From NCBI RefSeq assembly GCF_009914755.1, contig NC_060927.1: DNA of 64,000 nucleotides. The stretch is one strand, 5' to 3'. A model generated the notes under the pieces. That model worked only from the letters and a program-made list of their open reading frames with translations, did not search any database and was not told the origin of the DNA. The position numbers and the translations under genes were made by a program. Positions within the stretch are counted from its first letter, which is position 1. Every line of letters begins with the position of its first letter. This stretch comes from the human T2T-CHM13v2.0 reference genome, Homo sapiens. Positions 21,515-34,889 of this stretch are shown here, one piece after another.

Positions 21515-22800
21515 CAAGTATTGCTGTGCAACAACCACCCCAAAACTTATGAGCATCAAACAACAACCATTACTTCTTTCTTATTGGGCAGCTTCCTGCT
21601 TATTGGGCAGCTCTGCTCGTCTGAGCCAGGCTCAACTGATCTCAGCTGGGCTTGTTTATGTCTCCACCGGCTGTTAATGAGTAGGCTGTAGGCTGGCTGT
21701 TCTGTATGGTGACTTTGGCTGGGATGACACTGTTCTCCGTGTGTTCTTCCAGCAGGCTACCCTGAGCTTATTCCTTAAAGTGCAGAAATGTAAAAGCACA
21801 TTGGCAAGCAGCTACTTATGAGAAGTTTGTTACTGTCTGTATTAGTCCATTTTCACACTGCTATGTAAAGAACTTCCCTGAGACTGGGTAACTTATAAAG
21901 AAAGAGGTTTAGTTGACTTACAGTTCTGCCTGGATGGGGAGGCCTCAGGAAACTTAAACTCATGGCAGAAGGGGAAGCAGACATGTGGTAGCAGGTGAGA
22001 GAGAGAGTGAAGGAGGAAGAGCCCCTTATGAAACCATCAGATCTCATGAGAACTCACTATCATGAGAACAGGATTGGGAAAACCACCCCCATGAGCCAGT
22101 CAGCTTCCATTAGGTCCCTCCCTTGACCCTTGGGGATTACAATTCGAGATGAGATTCTAGTAGAGACACAGAGCCAAACCATATCACTGTCCCACTGGCT
22201 AAAGCAAGTCTCATAGCCAAGCCCAGAGTCAGTGCAGGAGTGGACTACTAAAGGGCGTGGGGGGTAGGGTCATCAATGCAATCATTTCATCACAGCTTAA
22301 CTGTAGGTCAAAATTATTCATACCCCTATTTCATGTAAAACATGCTCATCCCTATTCTAGAGACCCCCAAAATGTATCTAATCATGGCATCTGGCTTAAA
22401 GATCAATATTTTGTGATCCTTATCAGAACTGGATGCAGCTCCTCTTGATCCAGAGGCCGATAAATGACAAATTTTCTTCCCGCACATATACACCATGGGA
22501 AGGAAAACTCAGTAAGACTCCCACTCCAAGAGGAGAAGAATGGGAGGCACATAGCTACCACTGGTGTGGCCCATAGCAATTCTGATATCCTGCTGGAAAA
22601 ATGTTGCCAGGTATCCCCCCATTTTAAGAGTGATTCTGCTCCTTAAAGGGGGCTTCCCTGTTTATTGTTCTCTGCTGCTCCCTGTTAACTTCTTTCATCA
22701 TCATTTGGTTTTATTTGCTATATCCCAAGTCCGGGGGACTTGGCAAGAGTCTGCAGAATCCTCCTGAGTTCAGGATCCTGGGCTTAGTCCCTAAGAAAAC
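21515..22800 (-). mobile_element. MLT1H-like LTR (21515-22290, split by THE1D) followed by an MLT1 internal fragment (~22300-22800)
   Basis: ttgctgtgcaacaaccacccaaaactta...cccactggctaaagcaagtctcatagccaagcccagagtc; then ggatgcagctcctcttgatccagag...gaagaatgggaggcacatagc. Confidence 0.7.
21838..22186 (-). mobile_element. THE1D/MSTA-type solo LTR with TSD CTGTC
   Basis: tgtattagtccattttcacactgct...gagccaaaccatatca; CTGTC at 21833-21837 and 22187-22191. Confidence 0.9.
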
Positions 22801-23094
22801 TCTTTTCATTCATCTTCACATCAGTGGCTGACTCTGTCCGGCCTCAGTGCAAGACAGTGGTTCAAACCTGGAACTCCAAAGTCAGGGCTCTTTATACAAT
22901 GAATCAGGAAAAACAAAAAATAAAGAACAAGACCCCCAACCACCTTTCTTTTTTTCTATTGGAAGAACACTTTAGAAGACTCAACAAGCTCCAAGCTTAA
23001 AGACATTCTGGGATATCAGAGAATTTAAATCAATGGCATGCTTCGTCGACAAGTAATGATGCAAACACATTATGGTATTTTCTCTGCTCACTGA

Positions 23095-23600
23095 CCCGGT
23101 GGTCAAATTTCAAGCCCCATGACCCAGCCCACCTGACCAACTGTGATTGGGCCAGGGGTGGGCACCTGACCCAAGCTGCAACCTAACTTGCTAGCTGGAT
23201 TGAAAAGATCAAATAGTGCAATTGGCTTCCTGTTTGAATGCTGAGAGGTTAAAAGGATGGGGGTGCAGGGCAGATGGAGATGGTGGGGGGCACGTGGGGA
23301 AGGGGGCAACTGTTGCAGGTGAAGCTTCCATAACATGCTCAAACTGCAGTTAGGAGTACCCTGTCAGCAGAGGGAGGGGAGGACAGTGGTCCCACAGAAG
23401 CAGATGTGCCCAGATGGGAGGGAGTGTGTGGTCCCTGAAGGGAATGATAGCCTCAGTTGCTGAGTGGTCCTGGTTGTCATATTGATCCTGAATTTCCACA
23501 AAATCATCTTTGTTGTTGCACTTTTATCCACTCTATCTCTTGAGATGGGTGAGTAAGAATAGCTCTGTCCTTGGAAACCAAAGAGGCCTAGTGAAAACTA
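23095..23600 (+). mobile_element. LTR33/LTR16-like ERVL LTR remnant
   Basis: gattgggccaggggtgggcacctgacccaagctg...cttggaaaccaaagaggcct. Confidence 0.5.
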
Positions 23601-25629
23601 CCTGTTATATAGTTTACTGTGTTAAGGGGACGTGGGGCATCATTAAAGCTGAAGAAGAGTGAAAGACCCAAGAAAGCTCAGATAAGATGGCAGCATAGAG
23701 AAGAACGAACTGGGAATTTAAAACATTGAGGAAATCGTCTTTTAAAAAGACATAACTGGCAATCATCATAGCAAAATCAATGATATTGAGAACCAGCTCC
23801 TACTGCCAGTAATTGGACTGCTTAATAACAAGCTTAGACAAGTTAATACCAGGTCAAATTTCTCCTCCAGAAGCCATTTCTGTGGCTTACTGCAGTAGCC
23901 ATATTGAATAGTCCTGGAATTGGAGCCCACCACAAATATTAATTATGAACATGAATTTTTAAGGTTAATGGTTTTACTTTAATGGGAATTTGGGGCCTCT
24001 GAAAGTCCTAAATGTCTCAGTGAACTTGTTTGAGATCACAAACCAAAGAACAAGAGTGCAACCAGATATTTATAGTTTATTCTGCTTGGCAGAGTGTCCA
24101 GAGTGAGATCACTGAATACCTTGGCATGAGTTCAGAGCTTGATTTTATTATCTTGTAGCTGCCTGTAATCACAGATGAGGCATCAAAGGCCAGCTGTCCC
24201 CCATGAATCTTGACAGTCTATATAAACTAATTACTTCTTTATGAGCTATCCTTTCAGAGGTTTGAAGAGAGGGCCTATTAAGCCAAGTTCAATATGATCT
24301 ACAAACTTTAAAAATTATTATTTATCTAAGTTATAGTGCTGGGCCACAGTAAGTGACATCATTTGCAATGGTTGGCTTGGGTGGCTGTGACTTCATTGAA
24401 ATACAATTTGTGTATTTTTTTTAATGGAAAGGTGAATCCCAGTGTGTTAGGGATTCTTTCTGCACATTAATGATACCAATAGCAAATTTCAAAGAGCAAG
24501 GAGTTAAAAAAACAAAACAAAACAAATTTGGGAAGTGAGGGCACAGAGGCACATGAGCAAATGGCTTTTTTTCTAACTCTACCAGGCTGTGGGTTGCAAG
24601 GGGAAAATCTTTATTCTCTTTGTCCCCAAATCCACTGCATGGCCCTTGGCCCTTTCCTTTTTTTGTGCCTTTCCCTTGAAGTCCCTAAAGAGGTGAGACA
24701 CCAGGTATAACACTGCAGCCTGCCCTCTGCCACTCCTTGGGCCATTCCTCTTGGCTGCTATTCCCTGTTGCCTGTCATATCTGCACTGAGGCTGCCTTTG
24801 CTGCTCTGTCTCCCTGAGATGAGCCTCCACACCAGCCTCATATGTAGCAGGCTGGCCATACCACTGGGGTGTATGCTCTCAGCCTCTGCCTCTTGGTGAC
24901 CACTGCCTGCCTCTGGATGCTTGTTACTATAATGCTGTCCTCACCAGCCCACCCTGATCCTGACATACCCCTGGATCATGCTGACCTCCCTTAATCGCCC
25001 CTCTCCCCAGCAAGGAGGAAAAGGCCTTTCTCTTCTGGCCTACTCTTGCTCAGGAGCTCCATCAGAGATGTTGTTTGAACTCTTAGTGATACTGTTCTTT
25101 CTATAATCTCATAGTCTTTCCTTTTCAGAGAAGGCTTGATGCTCCCAGGTTTTAGGTCTGAGTGATATATTCAAATACAGGCCTGAGCTGTCCTGTAGTA
25201 GGTAAACTTCCACTCAAGTATCTGCTGCTGATTCTGACCTCTGCCTTCTCAATTGTTTCTCATGTGTAGTGCTTTTCTTTTCTCTCAAGAGCTGATATTC
25301 CTGGCTTTCATCTGGTTTCCACTGTGTCTGTCCACTCACTCCTCCTCTCATGCCCACATTCAGTTCATCAGACATCATTATAAATGTATCAACTTGATTT
25401 ACAAGAGGGCACTGAGCCAAATGCAACCCAACGTGGTGTAGTCAGACAGCAGGGGAGTGCTGAGATGGGCCATATAATTCCACCTGCTCCATATCAAAGT
25501 CTCACTTCCACCCCACCCAGGACTTGATATCAGCACTGATCAAAGGAATCCTTGAGTAGCATTCCTTTGGCTTCCATCCTCATGGCCACAGGTCCTGAAG
25601 TGCTCTCCTCTGGCCCAGCACTTGCCACA

Positions 25630-25965
25630 GTGGAGTGTACTTGTCTATTTGTGAGCCTGCCTTCTCACTAGTCTTAAGGCAGTTTCTGAATCCATTTTGT
25701 GTTTCTAGCACTGAGCACTGAGTAGGTGCTCAAAGTTTGTTGAATGAATGAATGATAGATTGTTACATTACATGCTTAAGCTGACCTTTCACCTTCTATG
25801 CTTTGGCGTGTTTGCTCCTGGGCTCAGTCCCGAATTCGGCAGCACTTGCAATGCAATCTATTTCAATGTCTGCTCCCCCTACCAAAGCAGGCTTGTTTAT
25901 CCTTATGTCCTAGCACACCAGTTCGCTTAGAAGTTCTCAGTAAATATTTGTTGATTTGAATTGAA
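25630..25965 (+). mobile_element. Two L2 3' ends in tandem
   Basis: agtaggtgctcaaagtttgttgaatgaatgaatga and ctcagtaaatatttgttgatttgaattgaa. Confidence 0.65.
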
Positions 25966-27444
25966 AAGGACTGAGTGGCTTACAACCTACCACTAAGAAG
26001 CATGGTGGTAGGGAGAGAGGGGCATGCCTCATCCTGATGCTTACATTGCACCTTGCAGGGGTTAATCCCAACTCCTCGTGGCCCTCTGGTTACTTGGAGC
26101 AATGCCATCCCAGCTGGTGTGCTTCCCAGATCACCATGCACATGCTTAAGGTAGCCCAGTGAAGGAAGAGGCCTGGCTAGGGTAAGTCTGGACTAGAGGG
26201 GACTGTGGTGATTCAAAGAGGAGACAGAGCAAGGAAAGAGACTGATGCTACCCAGCATTGGGTGATTATTTTTTAAGAAAGTTGTTTTTTAAAAAATTAA
26301 ATTCTTTATTTTGAGGTAATTACAGATTCATATGCAGTTGTAAGACATCATACAGAGAGATTATGTGTATACCTTACTCAGTTTCCCCCAGTGATAACAT
26401 CACGCAAAGCTATGGTAAAATATCACAACCAAAATATCGATATTACTACAGACAAGATACAGAGCATTTCTATCACAAGGATCCCACATTGCCCTTTTAT
26501 GGCCATACCTACTCCCTCCCACCTACTCTCCTTAACCCTTGGCAACAACTTACCTGTTCTCATTCAGTAATTTAGTCCTTTTAAATATATGATATGAATG
26601 GAATCATACAGTAAGCAACCTTTTAGAATTGGCTTTTTTTCTCTTAGCATCATTTTCTGGAAATTCATCTAAGTTGTTGCCTATATGAATAGTCTGTCCT
26701 TTTTATTGTTGAGTGGTAGTCCATGGTATGGATATACCACACTCTTTTTAACCATTCCTTATTACCCATTTAGGGCTATTTTGAATAAAGCTGCTGTAAA
26801 CATTTATGTACAAGTTTTTGTGTGAACATAAGTCTTTATTTTTCTGGGATACATGTCAGGAGTATAGTTGCTGGGTCATATAGTAGTTGCCTGTTAAGTT
26901 TTATAAGAAACTGCTGAAGTGTGTTCTAGCTGTACCATTTTTACTTTCCCACCGGCAGTGTATAAGTGATACAGTTTCTCTGCATCCACACCAGCATTTG
27001 ATCTTGTCGCTGTTTTTTATTATAGTCATTTAGGTGTGTATGTATTATCTCATTGTGGTTTTAATTTGCATTTCTCTAATGGCTGATGATGTCAAATGTT
27101 TTTACATATGCTTATTTTCCACATGTATATCCTCTTCCATGAAATGTCTTTTGTTCATTTTATAATTGCATTAGGATTTTTGTTATTTATATTCTTACGG
27201 TTGAGTTTTGAGAATTATTTACATATTCTAAGTACTAATTCTTTGTCAGATATGTGGTTTGTAAATATTTTAATTTTTGTATAAAGTAAAACACTTTTGT
27301 ATAAAGTAAAACCTGTACAGTTAGGTTGAGACTCCTTTATTTGTATTTTTTGCCTATGGATATCTAATTCCTCCCTCATCCATTTGTTTAAAAGTTTATC
27401 TTTCCTCCATTGAATTGCACCTTGGTCAAAAATCAGCAGGGCAT

Positions 27445-27809
27445 CGTCTGAGTTCATTGAAGCTGCCATAAAAAAATACCATAGCCTGAGTAAGCTTATA
27501 AGCAACAAATTTATTTCTCACCGCTCTGGAGCCTGGGAAACTCAACATCAGAATACCAGCATTGTTGATTTCTGCTGAGGGCCTTCTTTCTCCTTCATGG
27601 ATGTCACTTTTAGCTAAGTCCTCACAGGGTAGAAAGGGGAAGACAGCTCTCTAGGGCCTGTTTTATAAGGGACCTAATTTTACTTATGAGGGCTCTGCCC
27701 TCATGACTTAATGACCTCCCAAAGGCCCCACCTCCTAATACTATCACCTGGGGGATTACGTTTCAACATATGTAATTGCTGGGAGGACACACACATTCAG
27801 AACATAGCA
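27445..27809 (-). mobile_element. MLT1A-type solo LTR with TSD GGCAT, inserted in the L1
   Basis: ..cctcatgacttaatgacctcccaaaggccccacctcctaatac...acattcagaacatagca; GGCAT at 27440-27444 and 27810-27814. Confidence 0.88.
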
Positions 27810-30800
27810 GGCATGTTGTATGGGTCTATTTCTGGATTCTCTTCTCTCATCCATTAATCTTTGTGTCAATGGCCCCACCAAAATTATATAGTCTTGATTA
27901 CTGTGGCTATATAAGCCTTGAAATTGTGTAAATGGATTACTCTCAATTTTTTTTTCAAAACTGTTTTAACTATTCTATTTCCTTTACCTTACCAAAAGAT
28001 TTTAGGATAACCTCATCTATAGCTACAAAAAAAAAAAAAAAAAAAAAAAATCCTGCAAGGATTCTGATAGGGGCTGAGTTAAACATGTATAGCAACTTTA
28101 GGACAGTTGACATCTTACCTCGTTGTGTCTTCCAGTGCAGGGGCATGTTATATCTCTACATGTGTTTACATTTCTTTTCTTTCATTAGTGTTGTATAGAT
28201 TTAAATATATATTCCTGCACATGTTTTCTTATATTTATATCTAAGTATTTCATTTTTTGAGTGACTGTAAATAGTATTGTATTTTTAATTGTGTTGTATT
28301 TGCTATTACTGCTGACATATAGACATACAATTTTTTTTATGTGTATGGTGCTATGTTTTATGTTATGCAACCTTGCTGAATTTAATAGTTCTAGATTTTT
28401 TTCTTGTAGATTTCTTGGGACTTTCCATATGGACAATCAAGTCATGTGCAGTTTGGGAGTTTTATGTCTTCCTTTCTGATCCTTTGGGTTTTATTTCCTT
28501 TTTATTGTCTTTATACTGACTAGAACTTCCAGCATGATATTGAACAGAGGTGATGAGAGAAGATATCCTTGCCTTGTTCCCAGTCTCAGGGGAAAGCATA
28601 TTCAGTCTTTCACCAGTAAATATAATGTTACCTGTAGAGGTTTTGTAAATGCCTTTTTCAAGTTGAGGCAGTTCTTTATTTTTGGGTTTCTGTGAGGTTT
28701 TTTTAAAAAGTATAAATGGGTGTTGATTTTGTCAAATACTTATTTCCTGCATTCATCAATATGAATATGTAATTTTTTTTAGTTTGTTAATATAATAACA
28801 CTGATTGATTTTCAAATGTTGAATCAACCTCACATCCTTAGACTAAATCCTACTCAATTGTGGTATATCATTCTTTTATAGCTTGCTGATTTCTATGTGC
28901 TAATGTTTTAGTGAGAATTTTTTAATCCATATTTATGAGGAATATTAGTCTGTAGTTTTCTTTGTATTGCTATTGTCTAGTTTTATGTCAGAGTAATACT
29001 ACTTCATAAAGTGAATTGGGAAGTGTCCCCTCCTGTTTTCTGGAAGAGATTATGTAGAATTGGTATTAATTTTTCATTAAATGTTTGTTAAAATTCCCCA
29101 GTGAAATTCTCCATGACAGTGCTTTTAGGGGAGTTTTTAAATTATGAATTCAATTTCGTTCATAGTTACAGAGCTCTTCAATTCTCTATTTTATATTGGA
29201 TGGGTTGTAGTTTCTGTTTTTCAAAGAATTGGTCCATTTTGTCTAAGTTGACAAATCTATGTGTTGACAAATTTATGTAGTTGTCTGTAGTATCCTTTTG
29301 ATATCTGCAGGATCTGTAATATCTGCCAGTTTGCTCCTCATGTTGATAACTTATATTTTCACTATTTCATATTTAGTGCAGGTTTATCAAGTTTATAAAT
29401 CTTTTCAAAGAAACAGCTTCTTATTTTATTGATTTTCTTTATTGCTTTTCTGTATTATTTCCTTCATCCTACTTGTATGGGCTTATTTTGCCCTTCTTTA
29501 CCTAGATGTTTAAGGTGGGAGCTTTGATTATTGATTTGAGATGTTTCCTTTTTTAATGTTATAAATTTTCTTCTCATCACTGCTTTAGCTGTATCCCACA
29601 AATTTTGATGTGTTGTGTTTGTATTCAGTTATATGTACTAGCTTATTTCCACTGAGACTTCTCTTTTGGCCCATGTGTTTAGAAATGTGTTGCAAAGTTG
29701 CTAAATGTTTGGAGATTGTCCTGTTATCTCTCTATTATTGATTTCTAGTTTAATTCCATTGTGGTTCAGAAAGCATATTTTGTATGATTTCAGTTTTTTT
29801 GAGGTTTACTTTATATTCCAGTATATAGTCTATCTCAGTAGATATTCTGTGGGCACTTACTACAAATGCATGTTCTGCTTTTGTTCGGGTCTATAAACGT
29901 AGATTACATCCTGTTATTTGATGTTGAACTTTTCTGTATCCTAGCTGATTTTCGGACTAGTTCTATGAATTATTGAGGAACGGATGTTGAAATTTTAAAT
30001 TACAATAATAGACTTATTTCTTCTTTTAGTTCTACCAGTTTTTCTTCCCATATTTTGCAGCTCTGTTGTTTAGTACATACACATTGAGAATTGCTGTATC
30101 ATATTTGTGAAGTGGCCCTTTAATCATTATACAATGTCACTCTCTGTCTCCAGTAATTTTTTTTTTACTCTGAAGTTTGCTTTATCTGTTATTAATGTAG
30201 TCACACCGCTTTCCTCTGATTATTGTTTGCATGATATATTCTTTTTTTTCCATTTTTTTTGTTTTACTTTCAAACTGCCTCTGTTGAAGTAAATTTTTTG
30301 TTAGCAGCATGTTGGGTCATGTTTTTCAATCTACTCTGCTGAGATCTGCCTTTTCATTGTTGTATTTAGATCATTTATATTTATATGGTAGGGTTTAGAT
30401 CTGCCATTTTATTTTTGTGTTGTTCTATTTTTTGGCGGGGTAGGGGGAGGTTCTGTTTTCCTGCTTTCTTGTCAGTTGGACACATTTTAGAACTCTATAT
30501 TGATATAACTATGGCTTTTTGAGTGTATCTTTTTGTATGGCTTTTTTTAGTGGTTGATCTAGGTATTCTACATAACTTATTATAGTCTATTGGTATTGTC
30601 ATTTTATCAGTTCAAAAGATGTATGGGAATATCTCCTTTCCATTGCTTCTTCCTTCTCTGTTTGTAATTGTCTTAAATGTCTCTTCTATATATGCTTAGA
30701 GCCGTATCAGTATTATAATTTTTGCTTAAAATGTAAAATGTGATTTAAAGAACTCAAGAGGAGAAGGAAGGGCTTTTGTATTTACCATTATTTTTGCTTA

Positions 30801-31696
30801 TCTTGTTCTTTCTTCTTTTCTGATGCTCCAAGGTTTCCTTTTTTATAGTTTTTTTTTTTTTTTTTTTTTTGGTTTTGAACACTTCCTTTAACCACCTTTC
30901 TTTCAGAATAGGCCTGCTGGTGACAAATTCCTTTTGTCTTTCTTCATTCAAGAATGTCTTGATTTTCTTTTCATTTTTGAAGGATACTTTTGCTGGATAT
31001 AGGATTCTGGGTTGAAAATTCTTTTCTTTCACCACCTGAAAAATGTTGTGCCCTTCCTTCTAGCCTTTTTTATTTCTGCTTAGAAATCCATTGCCATTCT
31101 GTTTTTGTTTGTTTGTTTGTTTGTTTTACTATAGGTAAGGTACCATTCTGGTTGATTTTAACTTTGTCTTTTATTTTCAGTTTAATTGTGATGTCTTTTC
31201 ATGAACTTCTTTGAGTATATCCTCTCTGGTGTTTGTTCAACTACTTGAATCTATAGGTTTGTATCTTTTGCCAAATATGGAAAGTTTTAGCCATTTTTGC
31301 TTTGAGGATTTTTTTTAGCACTGCTTTCTTTTTCCTATTTAGGATTCCAATGCCATGAATGTTGAATATTTTGTTATAGTTCCATAGGTTCCTGAGGCTC
31401 TGTATTTTGTAAGTCTGTTTTCTCTCTAATAACTAATTGAGTTATTCCTATTTTTCTCTTTTCCTGTGCATTGATTCTTTCCTCCATTCTGCTGATGAGC
31501 CCATGCACTGAGGTTTCTACTTAGGTTATTTTATTTTGTAGTTGCAAAGTGTCCATTTGGTTCTTTATATTTTCTATTTATTTGCTGAGACTTTCTACTT
31601 CTTTTCTTGAGCTTTCTACTTTTTCTTTTGATTCATCTGTGTTTAGAATTGACCATACATGTGTTTTTATCATGGCTACTTTAAAATCTTTGTCAA

Positions 31697-32060
31697 TATC
31701 TTAGTCCATTTAGGGTGCTAGAACAGAATACCATACCCTAGGTGGCTAATAAACAACAGAAATTTATTTTTTGTAGTTCTGGAGTTTGAGAAGTCCAAGA
31801 TCAAGGTGCTGTCAGTGCCTGGTGAGGGCTCATCTCCTGGTTTACTGAAGGTCATCTTTTCACTGTGTCCTTACATGGTGGAAGGGATGAGGAAGCTCTC
31901 TGGAGTTCTTTTTATAAGGGCACTAATTCCATTCATAAGGGCTCTTACCTCATGACCTAAGCACCTCTCAAAGACCCCACCTTGAAATATATCACATTGG
32001 GGATTAGGTTTCAACATATAAATGAGGAAATGGGGGGACATAAACATTCAGTCTGTAGCA
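31697..32060 (-). mobile_element. MLT1A-type solo LTR inserted in the L1
   Basis: tatcttagtccatttagggtgcta...gaagtccaagatcaaggtgct...ggggggacataaacattcagtctgtagca; TSD degenerate. Confidence 0.85.
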
Positions 32061-33154
32061 GTTTGATGATTGTAATATCTCTGTTTTCTCAGTAGTGGCA
32101 TCTACTGATTTAAAAAAAATCAGTTGAGTTATTTCTGGTTTTGAGGTAATGAGTAATTTTTCTATTGAAATCTGGGCAATTTTGTGTTATGCTCTGAGAC
32201 TCTGGGTCTTATTTAAACTTTCTGTTTTGGTTAGCTTTTTCTGACATTGCTTCAGCAATGGGGGCATCACCTCCTTACTGCTAACTGGAGGTAGAATTCC
32301 AGGTTCTCTCCTTGGGCTTCATTGACACCTAAGTGGGGGTATCACCTCATTATTGCTGGGTAAGAGTGGAAGTTCCAGCTTCTCATATGGTATCCAGTAA
32401 TACTGCAGTGGAAGTGGCTTTATTAAAAATGAGCAATGGTGAAAGTCCTAACTCCTCAATTAGCCTTTTCTGATACAACCCCAGTGGGGAGAGGATAGAA
32501 CTCCTCATTACTGCCAGTGATGGTGGACATACAGGCCCCTCATGTAGTCTATAGGAGGTTCCTCATTGTACTACGGGAGGGTCCTCATTGCTGGCCATTG
32601 GGGATGAAAGTTCTAGCTTCCTTCTTCACTTCTCTGATATTCCTCCAGCTGGGTGTGGGAGCACCTCATTACAGCCCCATGAGTGTGGATGTCTAGGCTT
32701 TCTACTTACTCTTTGCTGACCTGGGTAGGAGTGAGGCCACAATTCTTTATGCCGTGTTTATCTGAGTAGAGCAGCTGTTGTCTGAAGGTTTTCTGTCTGC
32801 TATGTTGCCATTTTCCTAGCTCTTTGGCTAGAGAAAGCAGCCTTTTCTTGGGTATTTTTTGGTTTCTCTTTGTACCAGTTGTCATTTCTGAGTTGCTTTC
32901 TCCTTCTGCTCCAAGTTTTGGATGTATGAGGTAAGAAGAAAACCTAAAGAACTCACCACTGTGTCATTTCTTGGGTCTCAAGGCCCCTAGGTGGTCTGCC
33001 TTTTTCTCCCCAGCATTCAGAATCTTCTTGTGTTTGTTTTATATATTATGTCCAGGGTTTTAGTTTTACTTAGTGGGAAGAATAGTTAAGAAAAATAAAG
33101 CTAATTTATTATAATAAAAGAATGGTTATGAGAAAAAAATAGTTTTTAAAAAAA

Positions 33155-33350
33155 AATCTGGAAAGGCAAGCCCAAGGCTGCCAGATCTTGTCATTTTCCA
33201 GAAGAAGCCAGAATCCAGAGTTTTGTGTTGAATTTCCAAATGTATATTAAAAAGTAATTTAGTTTTATCTATAAAGCATCATGTAGAAAAAGAGTTTACA
33301 GATTAAACAATACTGCTGACTGTATTTCACTCCAGGCAACGAGCTTGTGA
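33155..33350 (+). mobile_element. MER102-like hAT-Charlie, right half (left half probably ~26170-26270)
   Basis: gctgccagatcttgtcattttccagaagaagccagaatccagagttttgtgttgaa. Confidence 0.55.
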
Positions 33351-34889
33351 ATTTTACTTGAAGTTACCTAGGCAATACAGGATAAAGGACTGTGAGTTTG
33401 GTACACTCAAAGGTTTTTACGTCTCAAAGATGGGTGCTTTTCCTATCCCACATTCATTCATATATAAGAAACTATTACCTATTGCATATAAACTATAAAG
33501 GGAATGAATGAGACAGATAAGGACTTCTCACTATGGAGCTTATATGAATAAACAAATGAAACATACCCTTCTATAGTGGATGCTGATGGAGAAGAGGTTT
33601 CAGAAATAGATGCGATGATGGGCAGCTCCCTAGTTGGGGCATCTTCCTGATGGTTAGTCCTAGGCGGATTTTCTCAAGAATCCAAAGGCATCTTTCGTGT
33701 TACCGAAGAAGAATGCCTGGGAACAGCCACACTAGCTCCAATAACAGCTGAAAGAGAAAAAACAGGCACCTTTTAGCTACATCAGGTTCTGACTTTGAAG
33801 GCATCCTTGTCCTGGCAGCTGGTCATTGTCAGAGATGGCGGAGCTTTCCCAAATCTCATGACAGAGGAAGGCGGGGGAAAAATCCAAGTCACACTAACGA
33901 AAGTCCAGGAAGGAAACAGGAGGGCTAAGGTGCAGATGTAGGATTTGTTCATGAGTTATCATTCCTGGGCAGGTTCTGGAAATGGGAGTGAAGGCAGAAG
34001 CAGTTGTCTCAGCATGTACTTGCCTGATCAAACCAGGTTGCTGGGAGGAACCAGAGTGGAATGGGTATTACTTGCTGTTTCCAGGGGAGAAAGAAGTCAG
34101 GGATATACCCATGAAGTCTCCAGCACACATTCCTTTGACCCTTGCTGGTCATCAGGGTGGATATGAGATAATCATTGCTGGCTCCGAAGATGCATATGTG
34201 CCTTTCAGTCCCGTGTAATTACAACCAGCATAAACATCCACAGTGGGGGTAGAAACAGAAAGAGGCAGCCAGAACAGACAAAGCTGTCCACTCTCATCTA
34301 CTGTACAGTCTTAGACTTCTTCACACACAGGTTTCATGGGGAAGCCAAAGTTTGAAAACCCCAGAATTGAAGATTCTGTTCATATTCATATAGCACTGTG
34401 ATCACAATAGCAACATGGTTATTTTGTTATGAAAAACATTATTTCTCTCCTGCTCTTGCACCTAGGCCTTTTCTGTCCCCAAATCTTGAAATTTTCAGAG
34501 GTCGTTGGCAATTCCACATTTTTTATGAGTTTTGGCAATGAAGGAGTTGACTTACTCAGCTAGGAAAAGGATGATAAATACAAATTGAATTTTACTTTGC
34601 AGAATCCTGCAGCTGGAGATAAGGAAGCTTAAAGACATGACAAAAACAAACAAATAGCATGTAGTTTGTTTTCCAGTATGGGCAAATACAACCCTGCCTG
34701 GCTTGCAAGCACTCTTTCTTTCCTCTAAATGTGAGAAGGCCACAGTCTCAGCTCACTGCTGCCAAGGTAGCTGTCCTCACTATGAAATGATTGTTCAGTG
34801 GCATTTACAGAAGATTGCAGAGAGGAGAAAGAGCTTGCTGGATATCAACAGCCTGGACCCTGATGTCAGGCCATCACATCTTCTAAAAG

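Larger units (their letters stand above)
26303..33085 (-). mobile_element. Near full-length ancient L1 (L1MC1/2-type 3' end, ORF2 and ORF1 remnants, 5' UTR), antisense, with internal deletions and two MLT1A insertions
   Basis: 3' UTR ttattttgaggtaattacagattcatatgcagttgtaag...; ORF1p C-terminal peptide KEKNFQPRILYPAKVSF...EFVTSRPILKE (30754-31035, minus); 5' end tatattatgtccagggttttagttttacttagtgggaagaatag. Confidence 0.88.

Noticed and set aside
28027-28050. A24 run as the tail of a retrocopy
   Set aside because: It lies within continuous antisense L1 sequence with no inserted body or TSD; a homopolymer expansion
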